From a virus: a DNA stretch of 64,000 bases. The translations under genes and the position numbers were made by a program. A model generated the notes under the pieces. The model was not told the origin of the DNA. It was given only the letters and a program-made list of their open reading frames with translations, and did not search any database. Location: IMG/VR virus record IMGVR_UViG_3300031368_000001, positions 44,286-108,285 of that record; one strand, 5' to 3'. How positions within the stretch are numbered: position 1 is the first letter of the stretch; each line of letters opens with the position of its first letter. Below, in pieces: positions 7,250 through 17,414 of the stretch.

Positions 7250-7710
7250 TTGGGTAGTAACACTATCTTATTTAGAGTACCCGGTAAGTACCTGAAATTA
7301 CTCAAAGAGTAACGGCAGAAAACCTTGGTGTTACTGGCCTAAGGGGTTGAAATAACTAAAAAAAACCCCTATATGGTAACGGGTACACCTGTTTTGAAAA
7401 CTTTTTCTTGGAATTTTTAGCGTACCAGAAAAGTTTTATTTTTTATAATTCAGCCGTTACTGTTACCGGGGACGTCTAGCATTTAGTACTCTAAGTTATT
7501 GAAATGACTGAAGAAAAAAGGTTACAAACAGCGAAAACAGCGATTTTTTGAAAAGCTGAGAGCTACGTGATTTCAGGTACTTACGTCAACTAGTTAATAG
7601 TAACGTTTAACTATTTCTGGAGTACCTGTTTCAATGATTTCAGGTACTTAGCAGTACACGGCTGATTTTCTGCCGTTACTGTGTAAGTTATACTGTAAGT
7701 GTTGTAAGTT
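7250..7710. other. candidate replication origin (non-coding region with direct and inverted repeats)
   Basis: TAAGTACCTGAAAT (7285) inverted at 7570 and 7637; AGTAACGGCAGAAAA (7308) inverted at 7666; many GTAAC/GTTAC motifs; lies downstream of the primase gene. Confidence 0.45.
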
Positions 7711-7979
7711 AGACCAAAAAAGTACTGGTGAGGAGGTTAAAAATGGCAACTAAACGTAATGTGGGTTTTATCCCTATATTTAGAAAGAAGGATGGTGCTG
7801 TGTATTGCAGACCCTCTCCTATTTTTAGTGATAAGCGATCGGCCAGGATAGGTGTAGCAAAAAAAGGATGGTTGGACAAAGATAATTTTTTAACTATAGG
7901 CAAGGTGGTATTCAGAACGGAGGCAGAAAATAGTGCGGAGGGTTAACGTATAAAAAATGCTCGAATTATGAACTATGAA

Positions 7980-9323
7980 TTATGAACTGAACGACTCTCT
8001 CCACACTGCATCGAAAGAGCGATACCAGACGCGGAGATGCATTTGCTTGACAGTTCTAAGTTCGTTACGAAAACCAAGGGTTCTTAATATTCGGCCTACA
8101 TCCTTACGAGTAATCCTTTCTTTCTCTGCATTAGCCATATTAAGAAGAGTCTCCATACGAAGATAAATAACTTCACCATTCACCACAATTCTACTACCTA
8201 TCCATTTGATATCCTTCATCACACCTTCTGAATAAACTTCTGAATTAATTAATCTTAAAATTAATCCAGTTAATGTCTCATCCATGGTAAGCTGAATAAT
8301 TTCAGCTTCAGCCAAAGCTTTATTAACCATGTTTTCCCATGTTAGCTGTTTTACTGGTTTTGGAATCCTACCGGCTAGCTCACAAAATTTAATTTTAAAC
8401 ATGGAAAAAATAACCAATTCGTTTGTATTCATCTCAACTGATTCATCACTATGATTAGCTAAAAAAACTCTATATTTTCTTGCGCTATCGGGTGGAGGAT
8501 ATTTCAAAATTTGAATTTTACTAATCTTTTCACCAACAGTTTTCCCCATTGCTTCTCGACCTTCTCGATCAGCAACTGATTTTATAGTACGTTTAATTTC
8601 TTTCCAGTCTAAAGGAGGAGTATTTCTTTCATTCCAATTCTCAAGAATTATTTCAGTTTGTGTAATATCACCATTAAAAATTCGTAAATAATAACCAGCA
8701 AGCTTGGTACAAACAGCATTTCGACTACCTTCCTTTACGCCCATAAGAGCTTCCTGTACCCAACCTTCAGGATTTTTTGAAACTCCGGTTATTCCCTGAT
8801 CGGCTACAAGCTTATCCTTAACATCACTTGGCAAATCCATAAGATCATCAAGGTCCATCTCAATAGGATCAATATCCCATTTATACTGAGTGCCATTAGG
8901 ATGAATAGAAGGAGCTACTACAATATATCCTCCATCAGCACGAACATCCACATCAGGGAATAAACCAACTCTATTCTGATATTTTTGGTCTCGAGGATGT
9001 TTAAATAAAAGATGAAGAGATCCTTTTTTGCCTGTGGTTTGAGTAATAGTACCGTGAAGGTCGCCAAAGGCCGCAATATAATTCTCACGACCTATTTGTG
9101 AATCTAAATCTAATACAATAAGATCCGAAACAAAACCAGTAACAAGACCAATATTAGCATCAGGCCATTTTTTCCACCAATGTTTTATTTGATCATCTGT
9201 TGCTTTCTCTTTTTGAAATTTTTCCCATGTTTTTAGCATAGGACTTTTTTCTCCAGGCCGAATTGGAAAAACAGACCATCCCAAACGAGCATATGCTAAA
9301 GCATACTCAGCTAAAGTTTTCAC
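7980..9323 (-). CDS. bifunctional DNA primase/polymerase (Prim-Pol + PriCT)
   Basis: ALAYARLGWSVFPI..K.P, ANIGLVTG..SDLIVLDLD, LHLLFK, DVRADGGYIVVAPSIHP, EGSRN...PPL..KEI; GTG start with AAGGAGG RBS. Confidence 0.92.
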   Translation of the reverse strand: MKTLAEYALAYARLGWSVFPIRPGEKSPMLKTWEKFQKEKATDDQIKHWWKKWPDANIGLVTGFVSDLIVLDLDSQIGRENYIAAFGDLHGTITQTTGKKGSLHLLFKHPRDQKYQNRVGLFPDVDVRADGGYIVVAPSIHPNGTQYKWDIDPIEMDLDDLMDLPSDVKDKLVADQGITGVSKNPEGWVQEALMGVKEGSRNAVCTKLAGYYLRIFNGDITQTEIILENWNERNTPPLDWKEIKRTIKSVADREGREAMGKTVGEKISKIQILKYPPPDSARKYRVFLANHSDESVEMNTNELVIFSMFKIKFCELAGRIPKPVKQLTWENMVNKALAEAEIIQLTMDETLTGLILRLINSEVYSEGVMKDIKWIGSRIVVNGEVIYLRMETLLNMANAEKERITRKDVGRILRTLGFRNELRTVKQMHLRVWYRSFDAVWRESFSS

Positions 9324-9420
9324 AGATCCTCCTTGATTTTCCCGAACAAAAAAATGAGGTTTTAAATAATTGAATATATTGAATTATTTAGAACTATAAA
9401 TTTCTTTCGAGTAGAAAAAA

Positions 9421-9603
9421 CTATTTCAGAAATTCTTTTTTAGCTTTTGCCAACTCCTCTGGATCATTAGATTTGTATAGAGCCCGTGGCATAGCTATTG
9501 AAATTAACGAATGATTTATCTCTAAAATACTTTTGTTTTGCTTAAGAATTTCTTTTGATAATTCCATTAAATCTTGATCTGGTCTAATTTGTTCAATTTC
9601 CAT
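9421..9603 (-). CDS. hypothetical protein
   Basis: 60-aa ORF with GGAGG RBS. Confidence 0.5.
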   Translation of the reverse strand: MEIEQIRPDQDLMELSKEILKQNKSILEINHSLISIAMPRALYKSNDPEELAKAKKEFLK

Positions 9604-9816
9604 CTAATCCTCCAAAAAAAATTGCCGCTTCTCTCAGACTACGCTCGAAGCTGGGCACTCCGCCCCGTGCCTCACGACATAGGGAATCTAAAAGAAAGCG
9701 GCAAAATGTATTTGATTCTTACCTCACCCAGCTCTTGGCGTTTTATACTCATTTAACTTATAATCTATTTATTAAAGTCCAATTATTACATTTTTTTAAT
9801 TCATTATCCATGTTTT

Positions 9817-10140
9817 TTAATTCATTATCCATGTTTTTTTTAATTCACTGTCCATATCCTTTATCAATTTTTTTGTATCATCCAAGGATCTACCAACTAT
9901 AGCTTTTCCCTCAGCTATTTTGACATCACGCATAAAGATAGCCTGGAGTTTACTTGGTTTATCATATCCTACTTTAACTTCAATAGACCCAAATAAACTC
10001 CGATAACAAAAAATAATATCTATTACTCCACGATTTCCCCAGGGACCAGGATAAACGGGAAAGGCCTTGCAGAAAGAAAGAGAGTTAAGAAACTTTAAAG
10101 TGTCTCTTACAAGATCAGTATGTTTGGTGCTTCTAGCCAT
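9817..10140 (-). CDS. VRR-NUC / PD-(D/E)xK nuclease
   Basis: GVIDII...SIEVK...KPSKLQ..F motif. Confidence 0.85.
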   Translation of the reverse strand: MARSTKHTDLVRDTLKFLNSLSFCKAFPVYPGPWGNRGVIDIIFCYRSLFGSIEVKVGYDKPSKLQAIFMRDVKIAEGKAIVGRSLDDTKKLIKDMDSELKKTWIMN

Positions 10141-10651
10141 GAATAATCTCCTGCGATGTACACTTCAGTGCAGTCGCTATTTTTTGAGCCGTGAAAAGAG
10201 ATGTTTGTTGTTTTATAAATAAAAAAGATATGCTCTGACGAGTAAGTCCTATTTTCTCCGCTAGCCTACTTTGATTATATTTTAAAAGAATCATTTCTTG
10301 TTTAATTTTATCAACATCTATCTTAGTTTTAAATTTATTAACAGATTCTTTTGCAACAGAGAGCTCGTAAATAATATCAGAAATATGGTAGAATCCTTTA
10401 TTCTTAAGATTCCGAATAAAAATTTTTATATCCCGAGTAGAGGTAAACCATCCTGTTTTTTTTACCCTTGAATTGTTGAAAAATAAATAGATTTTTTGTT
10501 TTGCTGTATGATCGTTCTCTGTGTTGATAATCTTTAGACAAAGCAGTTTCTTTGAAGAACCAGCTTGAAGCTTTTGAATTCGTGCATCAATATTTGTAGC
10601 AATCCCAATTCTGACGGGTGTACCTCGTTGTTGTTTGATAAAATAAATCAT
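10133..10651 (-). CDS. GIY-YIG/T5orf172-like domain fused to a C-terminal XRE HTH
   Basis: MIYFI...VRIGIATNIDARIQKLQAG...GWF; NQSRLAEKIGLTRQSIS...KIATAL. Confidence 0.75.
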   Translation of the reverse strand: MIYFIKQQRGTPVRIGIATNIDARIQKLQAGSSKKLLCLKIINTENDHTAKQKIYLFFNNSRVKKTGWFTSTRDIKIFIRNLKNKGFYHISDIIYELSVAKESVNKFKTKIDVDKIKQEMILLKYNQSRLAEKIGLTRQSISFLFIKQQTSLFTAQKIATALKCTSQEIIHG

Positions 10652-10657
10652 GAATAT

Positions 10658-10686
10658 AGAATAAACCTAAAAAAAAATGAAGTCAA
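10658..10686 (-). promoter_or_regulatory. sigma70-type promoter TTGACT-17-TATTCT (probably leaderless mRNA)
   Basis: The -10 box ends 6 nt before the ATG of 10133-10651. Confidence 0.55.
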
Positions 10687-10709
10687 GTCATTTTTTATAC
10701 ATTTTTTTG

Positions 10710-10738
10710 TTGACATTCATTTTCTAATAAAATATACT
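10710..10738 (+). promoter_or_regulatory. sigma70-type promoter TTGACA-17-TATACT
   Basis: Near-consensus, divergent, upstream of the SNF2 helicase operon. Confidence 0.75.
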
Positions 10739-10822
10739 GTATTCGACTAAGTAAAAAACTCTGTCAAGCAAAGAAAGAGAAAATAAAACATCAAGGAATG
10801 AAACATCAAGGAAAAAGGCACT

Positions 10823-12436
10823 ATGGAAATAAGCATCAAGGAATCTAAAAAAAAGGATAGACACCTCATTCTTCAATTTGACTATGATCCAGATATAATT
10901 TCTCAAGTGAAATCCATCGGGATGAGATGGAGCCCGGCTAAAAAAATCTGGCATAGTAAAATCACCAAGCTTTTTGTTAGTTCCTTCCTTAAATTATTTC
11001 CTGAATTTCAAGATGAGTTAGAAGGATATGCTTTACAACCAGCCATAAACACTAATTATTTACCTTCAGAATATCTCAGGAATCATCAAAGAGAATCAGC
11101 TGCTTTAGAAAATCCGAGATACGGTGTATGGCACGATATTGGCTGTGGAAAGACCGTTTTGGCCATAGAGCTAATGAAACAGAAGGATGTAAAGACTATG
11201 GTAGTTTGTCCACTATCTATCATTGAAACAACTTGGTTAGAGCTAATAGAAAAATTTGATCCTGAACGTTTTAAGTATACAATAAATCTCTGGGCACTAA
11301 AACAAAAAAATTCACCAGCTGGAAGACGGGCTTATGAAGAAGGCTTAAAAAATTGTAAAACCGCACTTATAAATTTTGAGTCTTTTAGGACTATTCAAAA
11401 AGATTTAGAACAAGCAGACTTTCGGATGCTGCTGATTGACGAATCAACCTACTGTAAAAACCCTCGCTCCAAAATTACCGAGGCATTACTAGATTTTGGA
11501 GAAAATATGGATTTTGCATATCCTCTTTCTGGCAACCCTGCACCTAATTCTGAAATGGAATATTGGTCACAGACTCAGTTAATAGATCCAACTTTATTCG
11601 GAACTAACTTTTACGCTTTCAGAGCTCGTTATTTCTATAGCCATGGTTATGGAAATTTTAAGTGGTCAATGAAAAAAGATAAGCGAGAGGATTTTCTGGG
11701 AAAATTAGCTGGTATATCTGAAGCGGTACGAAAAGAAGATGTACTTGATTTACCTGAGAAGACAGAAAATGTTAGAAAGATATATTTGAATGTCACTGAG
11801 AGAAAAGCTTATGAAGATATGAAGAAGCATCTGGTTATCGAGTTCGGCGATCAAGAAATTATTGCCGCAAATGCTGCGGTTAAACTTATGAAGTTAAGAG
11901 AAGGTACAAGTGGTTTCTACTTAGATCAAGAAAAAAACGCAATTCATGTTGGAGACTCAAAGCTAAATGAACTTGAAAAATTACTAGAAGAAGCAAGAAA
12001 TAATCAGATGATTATCTGGACACATTTTCATTATGAAGCAGATCAAATTGAAAGACTATTCCGAAAAATATTGAAACAAAGATCAATAACCTGGGGTCGG
12101 GTTGATGGAACAATCAATAAGCAAGAGACTAAAAATCAGACGATTAAAGAATTCAAGGAAGGGAGACTCCAGTATTTAGTAGCTCATCCAGGTTCCCTTG
12201 GTCGCGGACAAAACCTATACAATTGTTCTTACATGACATTTTTCAGCCTCAGTCATAGCTATGACTTATTCGATCAGTGTGGAGGACGAATATATCGAGA
12301 TGGCCAAGTAAACAAATGTTCTTACTATTTTTTAATCGCTGATCGTTCTGTGGATGAAGTAATTATGAAAGCATTATTAGAGAAAGGTAAAGTGGTTGAG
12401 GCGGTATTTGAATATATTAAGAAGGGAGGGAAATGA
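10823..12436 (+). CDS. SNF2-family (DEAD/DEAH-like) helicase with N-terminal HARP-like segment
   Basis: HDIGCGKT (Walker A), VVCPLS, LLIDES, LSGNPAPN, G.GQNL..C, Q..GRIYRDGQ. Confidence 0.92.
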   Translation: MEISIKESKKKDRHLILQFDYDPDIISQVKSIGMRWSPAKKIWHSKITKLFVSSFLKLFPEFQDELEGYALQPAINTNYLPSEYLRNHQRESAALENPRYGVWHDIGCGKTVLAIELMKQKDVKTMVVCPLSIIETTWLELIEKFDPERFKYTINLWALKQKNSPAGRRAYEEGLKNCKTALINFESFRTIQKDLEQADFRMLLIDESTYCKNPRSKITEALLDFGENMDFAYPLSGNPAPNSEMEYWSQTQLIDPTLFGTNFYAFRARYFYSHGYGNFKWSMKKDKREDFLGKLAGISEAVRKEDVLDLPEKTENVRKIYLNVTERKAYEDMKKHLVIEFGDQEIIAANAAVKLMKLREGTSGFYLDQEKNAIHVGDSKLNELEKLLEEARNNQMIIWTHFHYEADQIERLFRKILKQRSITWGRVDGTINKQETKNQTIKEFKEGRLQYLVAHPGSLGRGQNLYNCSYMTFFSLSHSYDLFDQCGGRIYRDGQVNKCSYYFLIADRSVDEVIMKALLEKGKVVEAVFEYIKKGGK

Positions 12437-12625
12437 ATGAAGAAAACATATTGTGATATCTGTGATAAGGAAATTCGAGGTGAAGATAATCGGAGTACTA
12501 TATACATTAAGGAAAGGGATGCTTATTCAGGCGAAATTCTTTTTTCTGAAGTTTGTAGTACTTGTACAAGGAAAGTAATAGATTTTATAAACGAGATTAC
12601 GGAACATCGACGGGAGAAAAAATAA
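12437..12625 (+). CDS. small zinc-finger protein
   Basis: YCDICDKEI...VCSTC. Confidence 0.65.
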   Translation: MKKTYCDICDKEIRGEDNRSTIYIKERDAYSGEILFSEVCSTCTRKVIDFINEITEHRREKK

Positions 12626-12800
12626 CAATGACAAAAATTCAGTACTTAGGTCTTTTTCTATTATTCCTTGCACATTATTTCAACCACTGGCCTTACTTTA
12701 AAAAGAATGAATTTTCTTGTAGATTGATAGCTTGGATCTGTTTTACTGGTGCTAGTTTATGCTTAGGATTTGTTTTATTTGGTTAACAAGGATTAGAACA

Positions 12801-12998
12801 ATGACTGATATTGATACCATCGAACTCTCAGGCGAAATAACAGCCGATACGGATCTGGCTATCCTATTCACTGACAGCATAACCGAAGCATGGATAGCGA
12901 GATCTTTGATTGAGATTGAAACTGACTTTTACAAATTCGGAGAACCAATAACGATAATTATGCCGAGATGGGTAGCAGAAAAAGAAGGATTTATATGA
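12801..12998 (+). CDS. conserved phage hypothetical protein
   Basis: DTDLAILF...WIARSLIE...IIMPRWVAEKEG pattern. Confidence 0.65.
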   Translation: MTDIDTIELSGEITADTDLAILFTDSITEAWIARSLIEIETDFYKFGEPITIIMPRWVAEKEGFI

Positions 12999-13147
12999 AT
13001 TCAAAAGAAGCTATAAAAGAAATACAGAAAGAAATGAATGAATTGGAACTTCAAACTGAATTAGTCTGGATACTTATAGCAGTTTTAACAGTTTTATATT
13101 TTATCTACCCTTTATTTATTATCTAAAAACTTTAACAAGGAGGAATT

Positions 13148-13591
13148 ATGACCGAAGAAAAAGATCTAACCAAATTATTCACCGAAGAAAAAAAATCTAC
13201 CCCGGAGCTTCAGCAGCACGTAAAAGAGTTTTATGACCTTGTTATAAAAGAACGCGCTCTCAAGAAAGACCTCGATGAATTACAGGAAAAGCGTATGGCA
13301 GCTGAGGAGACTCTCTACAGCAGTTTAGAAGATGCTAACTTTGAACTCATAAGAACCGAGAACGGAACTTTTTCCAGACGAATCGATCTCTATGCCAACT
13401 TCGAGCCTGGAAAAAAAGAAGAGGGTTTTGCATGGCTTAAAGAACAGGGTTTTGGAGATCTGATCTACGAGACCGTAAACTCGAGAACATTCTCTGCATT
13501 TATTAAAGATTTTAAGAAAGATGAAATGGCGGAGTTACCGGAGTTTGTGAATACTTCGATTAAGAAGAAAATAGGTTTTAGGAAGAAGTAA
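13148..13591 (+). CDS. phage replication-module protein (gp33-like)
   Basis: Coiled coil followed by FAWLKEQGFGDLIYETVNSRTFSAFIK, typical of SNF2/VRR-NUC modules; AAGGAGG RBS. Confidence 0.65.
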   Translation: MTEEKDLTKLFTEEKKSTPELQQHVKEFYDLVIKERALKKDLDELQEKRMAAEETLYSSLEDANFELIRTENGTFSRRIDLYANFEPGKKEEGFAWLKEQGFGDLIYETVNSRTFSAFIKDFKKDEMAELPEFVNTSIKKKIGFRKK

Positions 13592-13602
13592 GGAGATTAA
13601 TC

Positions 13603-13878
13603 ATGCCAAAACTCTACACACACAAAGTGCATGTTTCACCTCTCAGTGGTACTTTTACACCTTTCCCTATTGATATGTTGAGATATGATTGTCTGTGTCC
13701 GAATTCAGAGGAAGATTCTGGAAAAATTATAGAAAATTTTAGTGTTCCATGGGATTTCATGAAAGCAAGAGAAAGTCTTATCATCACTCTCGAGCGTGAA
13801 GGCTGGAAAACCTGGGAACCAACTTATGAAAGATGGAAAAGTTTTTCGTGGACAGTTGTAGGGCATGAGGTAATTTAA
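13603..13878 (+). CDS. conserved phage hypothetical protein
   Basis: FPIDMLRYD...PT..RW.SF.W motif. Confidence 0.7.
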   Translation: MPKLYTHKVHVSPLSGTFTPFPIDMLRYDCLCPNSEEDSGKIIENFSVPWDFMKARESLIITLEREGWKTWEPTYERWKSFSWTVVGHEVI

Positions 13879-14088
13879 TGCCCGCACCATCTCACGCAAA
13901 AACTTTATTAAGCATTAACAAAACTTGGAGTGAATCTAAACTGAGGTTTAAATGCACAAACTGTGGTTATAAAGGTCATGTCAGTGAGCTATTATGTGTG
14001 GACGAAGAAAAAACTTTATGGTGTCCGAGATGTTCAACAGCAAATACTGTGTGGGAAAGAGATTTGATAGAAGAGGGGGGAATGAAAA

Positions 14089-14328
14089 ATGGAGCTCAGC
14101 GAAATCATAGAAAAAGAACTTTGGGGAAAGAAAGTAAAGATAAAACCATGGCAATACTGTAAATGTCAAATCTGTACACAGAGATTTGGTTTTATAGATA
14201 GCATAGAGAGACCTTCACTTTGGAAAAGAAACCACGGACCGCAAGAAGACATAATTTATGTAAGATCTTCCTCTGAACCTAATGGAGAAATACAGGGATT
14301 TCTGACTGATCGTGTAGAGCTTTTATAA
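14089..14328 (+). CDS. hypothetical protein
   Basis: 79-aa ORF with GGGGG RBS. Confidence 0.5.
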   Translation: MELSEIIEKELWGKKVKIKPWQYCKCQICTQRFGFIDSIERPSLWKRNHGPQEDIIYVRSSSEPNGEIQGFLTDRVELL

Positions 14329-14375
14329 CAAAAAAAAGAGTGAGATAATAATTAAAAAGAACGGGGAATGAGGTA

Positions 14376-14696
14376 ATGATGAAAACAACAAAATGGATAC
14401 CAAAAGTAGAATATTCATCTCGTGAAGATATGCTTGATTTTTTTTCTTTAGATAAAAGCGAGAATGAAAATTTAGGTGAGTTTGATAAATACAACGAAGT
14501 AGAAGTAGCTGTAATCAGAGAGGATAATAAAATAGGATTCGAGTCAGCTGGTTGGAACAGTAAAGATAAAATAATTTTATTTAGTTGCGATTTAGGTATG
14601 AAAGTTTCTAGTGACGAAGAAGCTGATAAAGATATTGAATGGTGGAGAAAAGTTGCAAACGTAATAGCAGATGCATTAAATAAAGAAAAACTATAG
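14376..14696 (+). CDS. hypothetical protein
   Basis: 106-aa ORF with GAGGT RBS. Confidence 0.65.
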   Translation: MMKTTKWIPKVEYSSREDMLDFFSLDKSENENLGEFDKYNEVEVAVIREDNKIGFESAGWNSKDKIILFSCDLGMKVSSDEEADKDIEWWRKVANVIADALNKEKL

Positions 14697-14780
14697 TTAA
14701 ATGAATAAAAATAAAGGAGGTGAATATTAAGCTAGGGGATTCAAAGTAATAATAACCTTAACATACAAGGACAAAAAACA

Positions 14781-15503
14781 ATGAATACAAAAAACAAAGA
14801 ATTAGCAACCAAAGAACAAAGTGAAGAAAATCTCCCGGCAGAGCTCAAAGCTAAATTTGACCTCAAGCAAAACATGGAAGGGGTCACACCGAGACTTCCA
14901 CAAATTTCCATCGTACATCAAGCTCAATTATTCACTTTTCCAGATGAGACTCAGGTAAAAAAGTTTGAAGGGATTATTCTGGACACTAGTCGAATAAATG
15001 CCTGGTGGGAACAAAGTTATGATGAGACTGGAGGCGGAACTCCACCTGATTGTTTTTCTATGAATGGAGTTGAACCTGATCTTAACTGTAACATGCCACA
15101 AGCCAAAAGGTGTGCAGAGTGTGAGAAGAATAAATTCGGAAGCGATGGTCGTGGTAAGGCTTGTAAGAACATGAAACGGGTGCATATCATGCTCGAAGAT
15201 GAAATGTTGCCCCTTAGACTTACACTTCCACCCTCAAATTTGAAAGCAATCGATATGTACATTTCTTTGCTGACTTCTAAAGGAATGCCGTACCAATTGG
15301 TTGTTACAAATTTTAAGCTTAAGAAAACTCAAAACAAGGACGGAATTGCCTTTTCAGAAATTAATCCAGAAAAGGTGAGGATCATAACAGATCCAGAAAA
15401 GGCTGAATTCTTGAGTAAAATGCTGAAAGAATTTAAACCTGTGATGAGAGGACAGGAAATTGTGATGGAGGAATATGGTAGTTCGGATACGGAAGAGATG
15501 TAG
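14781..15503 (+). CDS. putative ssDNA-binding/recombination protein of the phage replication module
   Basis: PPDCFS.NG..P...CAECEKNKFGS..GRGKACKN..R...LPPSNLK pattern; acidic C-terminal tail. Confidence 0.6.
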   Translation: MNTKNKELATKEQSEENLPAELKAKFDLKQNMEGVTPRLPQISIVHQAQLFTFPDETQVKKFEGIILDTSRINAWWEQSYDETGGGTPPDCFSMNGVEPDLNCNMPQAKRCAECEKNKFGSDGRGKACKNMKRVHIMLEDEMLPLRLTLPPSNLKAIDMYISLLTSKGMPYQLVVTNFKLKKTQNKDGIAFSEINPEKVRIITDPEKAEFLSKMLKEFKPVMRGQEIVMEEYGSSDTEEM

Positions 15504-15626
15504 ATAGCTGGGAAGTTATCAGTGAATTCAAGCCTGCCCTGTGCATATAGCACAAGAGGAAAATTAAACTCATTCAGAACAACCTCTTAGGGCAGGCTAA
15601 CTAAAAAAAATTGGCTGCTGGGGACA

Positions 15627-15953
15627 GTGGTAAAAAGAGGAGAAAAGGACAAATTTATGCGGTGTATATTCTGCCAGCTCCCAGAATTTCAGTTTGATTA
15701 TTTATCTCAACAAATCAAAGAAGCTAAATGCGCTAATGATGTCACTGAGATAATTTGTTCAAATTGTGTACAGAAAATTTTTAGTTTAAGCAAAGAACGT
15801 TTACAGGAGTTTCAAGAATTAAACCGGAGGAAGGAAAAGGCAAAAGCAGTAGACTACATTCAAAAAATATTATCTAGTGAAAAGGAGAAAATTGATGAAC
15901 CGGGAAAAAGATCACCTCACTCGAGATTTCCTAAAAGAAAAAAAAGTGCTTGA
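15627..15953 (+). CDS. hypothetical protein with CxxC pairs
   Basis: CIFC...CSNC. Confidence 0.55.
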   Translation: MVKRGEKDKFMRCIFCQLPEFQFDYLSQQIKEAKCANDVTEIICSNCVQKIFSLSKERLQEFQELNRRKEKAKAVDYIQKILSSEKEKIDEPGKRSPHSRFPKRKKSA

Positions 15954-16110
15954 ATTACTGGGAATCGTTGAAGGAACTCTTGAGAGGCTCATAAGAGAAA
16001 AGGATTTTCCGCACATAAAAATTGGCCAAGGAAGGCTATTTTATGAGCAGGATGTGATAAAGTGGCTGAGACTTCAAAAACGTGGGTACAATTCTAAGAA
16101 AAATGTATAA
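15895..16110 (+). CDS. excisionase/AlpA-like HTH protein
   Basis: FLKEKKVLELLGI..GTL.RLIR...FPHIKIG.GRLFY...V..WL. Confidence 0.75.
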   Translation: MNREKDHLTRDFLKEKKVLELLGIVEGTLERLIREKDFPHIKIGQGRLFYEQDVIKWLRLQKRGYNSKKNV

Positions 16111-16266
16111 GTTTTGTGTAAGTTTCGAAGAAGTTTGATTTGTTTTCAGTATAGTTTCGTAGGATTTTTTTTTAGCTAATGTCATCCTACCCACAAAAAT
16201 TGAAAGTCGCTCCACAGCGCTAAAAAAGGGCTTAAAGAGGAAATGGGATTTTTGAAAGGAGACAAG

Positions 16267-16518
16267 ATGAAACAAGAGCTTAAAATCGTTACTCCAACAG
16301 GCACTGGAACCGTACAGTATGGAGAGTTTATGCTTAACGATGGACGGAAAAAGAAATTCCATTGCTGGTGGAACGGGAGTGGCATAGGTGGCGATAGTGA
16401 TACCATAGAGGAGGCGAGAAAACATCTCATTGAATTTATCAAAATCAGATTAGCATCTGAACTTAATCAGCTTGAAGAACAATCAGCAAATATTCGATTG
16501 TTTTTGAGAGAAATATAA
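16267..16518 (+). CDS. hypothetical protein
   Basis: AAGGAG RBS before MKQELK. Confidence 0.55.
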   Translation: MKQELKIVTPTGTGTVQYGEFMLNDGRKKKFHCWWNGSGIGGDSDTIEEARKHLIEFIKIRLASELNQLEEQSANIRLFLREI

Positions 16519-16557
16519 TAATGGCGTTGAATCCAATGCCTAAGAATTAGTGCAGCT

Positions 16558-16764
16558 ATGGAAATAATCTTAAAACTAACCATACCGGATAAAACTATCA
16601 AGAATCTAGATGAAGCTTCGGAGAAACTGGGCTGGGGTCAAGATATATGCTGGTGGGACATAGTAGAGAGAAATGTTGATGAGGTAGTTGAGAGATTGGG
16701 AGGGACCTGGAGATTTATGAAGATAATCTCAAAGAAGAGAAGATGGAGATTTTTTAGGTGGTAA
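16558..16764 (+). CDS. hypothetical protein, paralog of 63499-63684
   Basis: MEIILKLTIPDK..K.LDE.SEKL...CWWDI shared with the paralog. Confidence 0.65.
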   Translation: MEIILKLTIPDKTIKNLDEASEKLGWGQDICWWDIVERNVDEVVERLGGTWRFMKIISKKRRWRFFRW

Positions 16765-17222
16765 GAAGATGAAGATATTAGCAACAATCAGTGATAATCC
16801 ACTAGCACAATAGAAAAAGAACCCGAATTAGTTAAAGCTTTTGATGTTACATCGTGCCTGACAATATTCTATCAACTCAAAGAAATTGCGGATCTAGTGA
16901 ATTCTTCTCCAAGTAGCTACTGTGAAGCAGCAAACCATATGGCTTATCTGATAAATCAAATAGAGAAATATATAAGATAATTTTTTTCAAAAGGAGGAAA
17001 ATCAATGTTAGAACTTAAAATCGAAATCAAAGATAGTGAAACCGGATACGCTGTCACAAAAATCAAAAATCTTTCACTTGGTACTGGAACAACTTTTCGA
17101 TTTGATACTGTTAGGCAGACATTATTAAATATAGTGGAGATGATTGTTCCAGCTTGTGAAAATCTCAAAGAAAAGTAATTTTTTAATTTGATATTTTTTG
17201 TATGATGTAGTAAACTTACCTC

Positions 17223-17414
17223 ATGGATAAAAAAACTATGAGCAACAAAATTACAGGCAACAAATTTCAAACTATAAAAATCTGGGAAAAAACATTCAAA
17301 CTATTATACTTTGTCAGAGCATATACTGGAGAATCTATCGTAGCTCTTTTTGATAGATTAGTGAATGAAGAATTAATTAGAGTACAAAGAGGGGATAAGC
17401 CATACAAGAAATAA
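17223..17414 (+). CDS. small DNA-binding (ribbon-helix-helix-like) protein
   Basis: FQTIKIWEKT.K.L....A.TGES...L.DRLV. Confidence 0.5.
   Translation: MDKKTMSNKITGNKFQTIKIWEKTFKLLYFVRAYTGESIVALFDRLVNEELIRVQRGDKPYKK

Noticed and set aside
16512-16550. Possible attC left-half remnant (ATATAATAATGGCGTTGAATCC)
   Set aside because: No complementary right arm or GTT box; too weak to call
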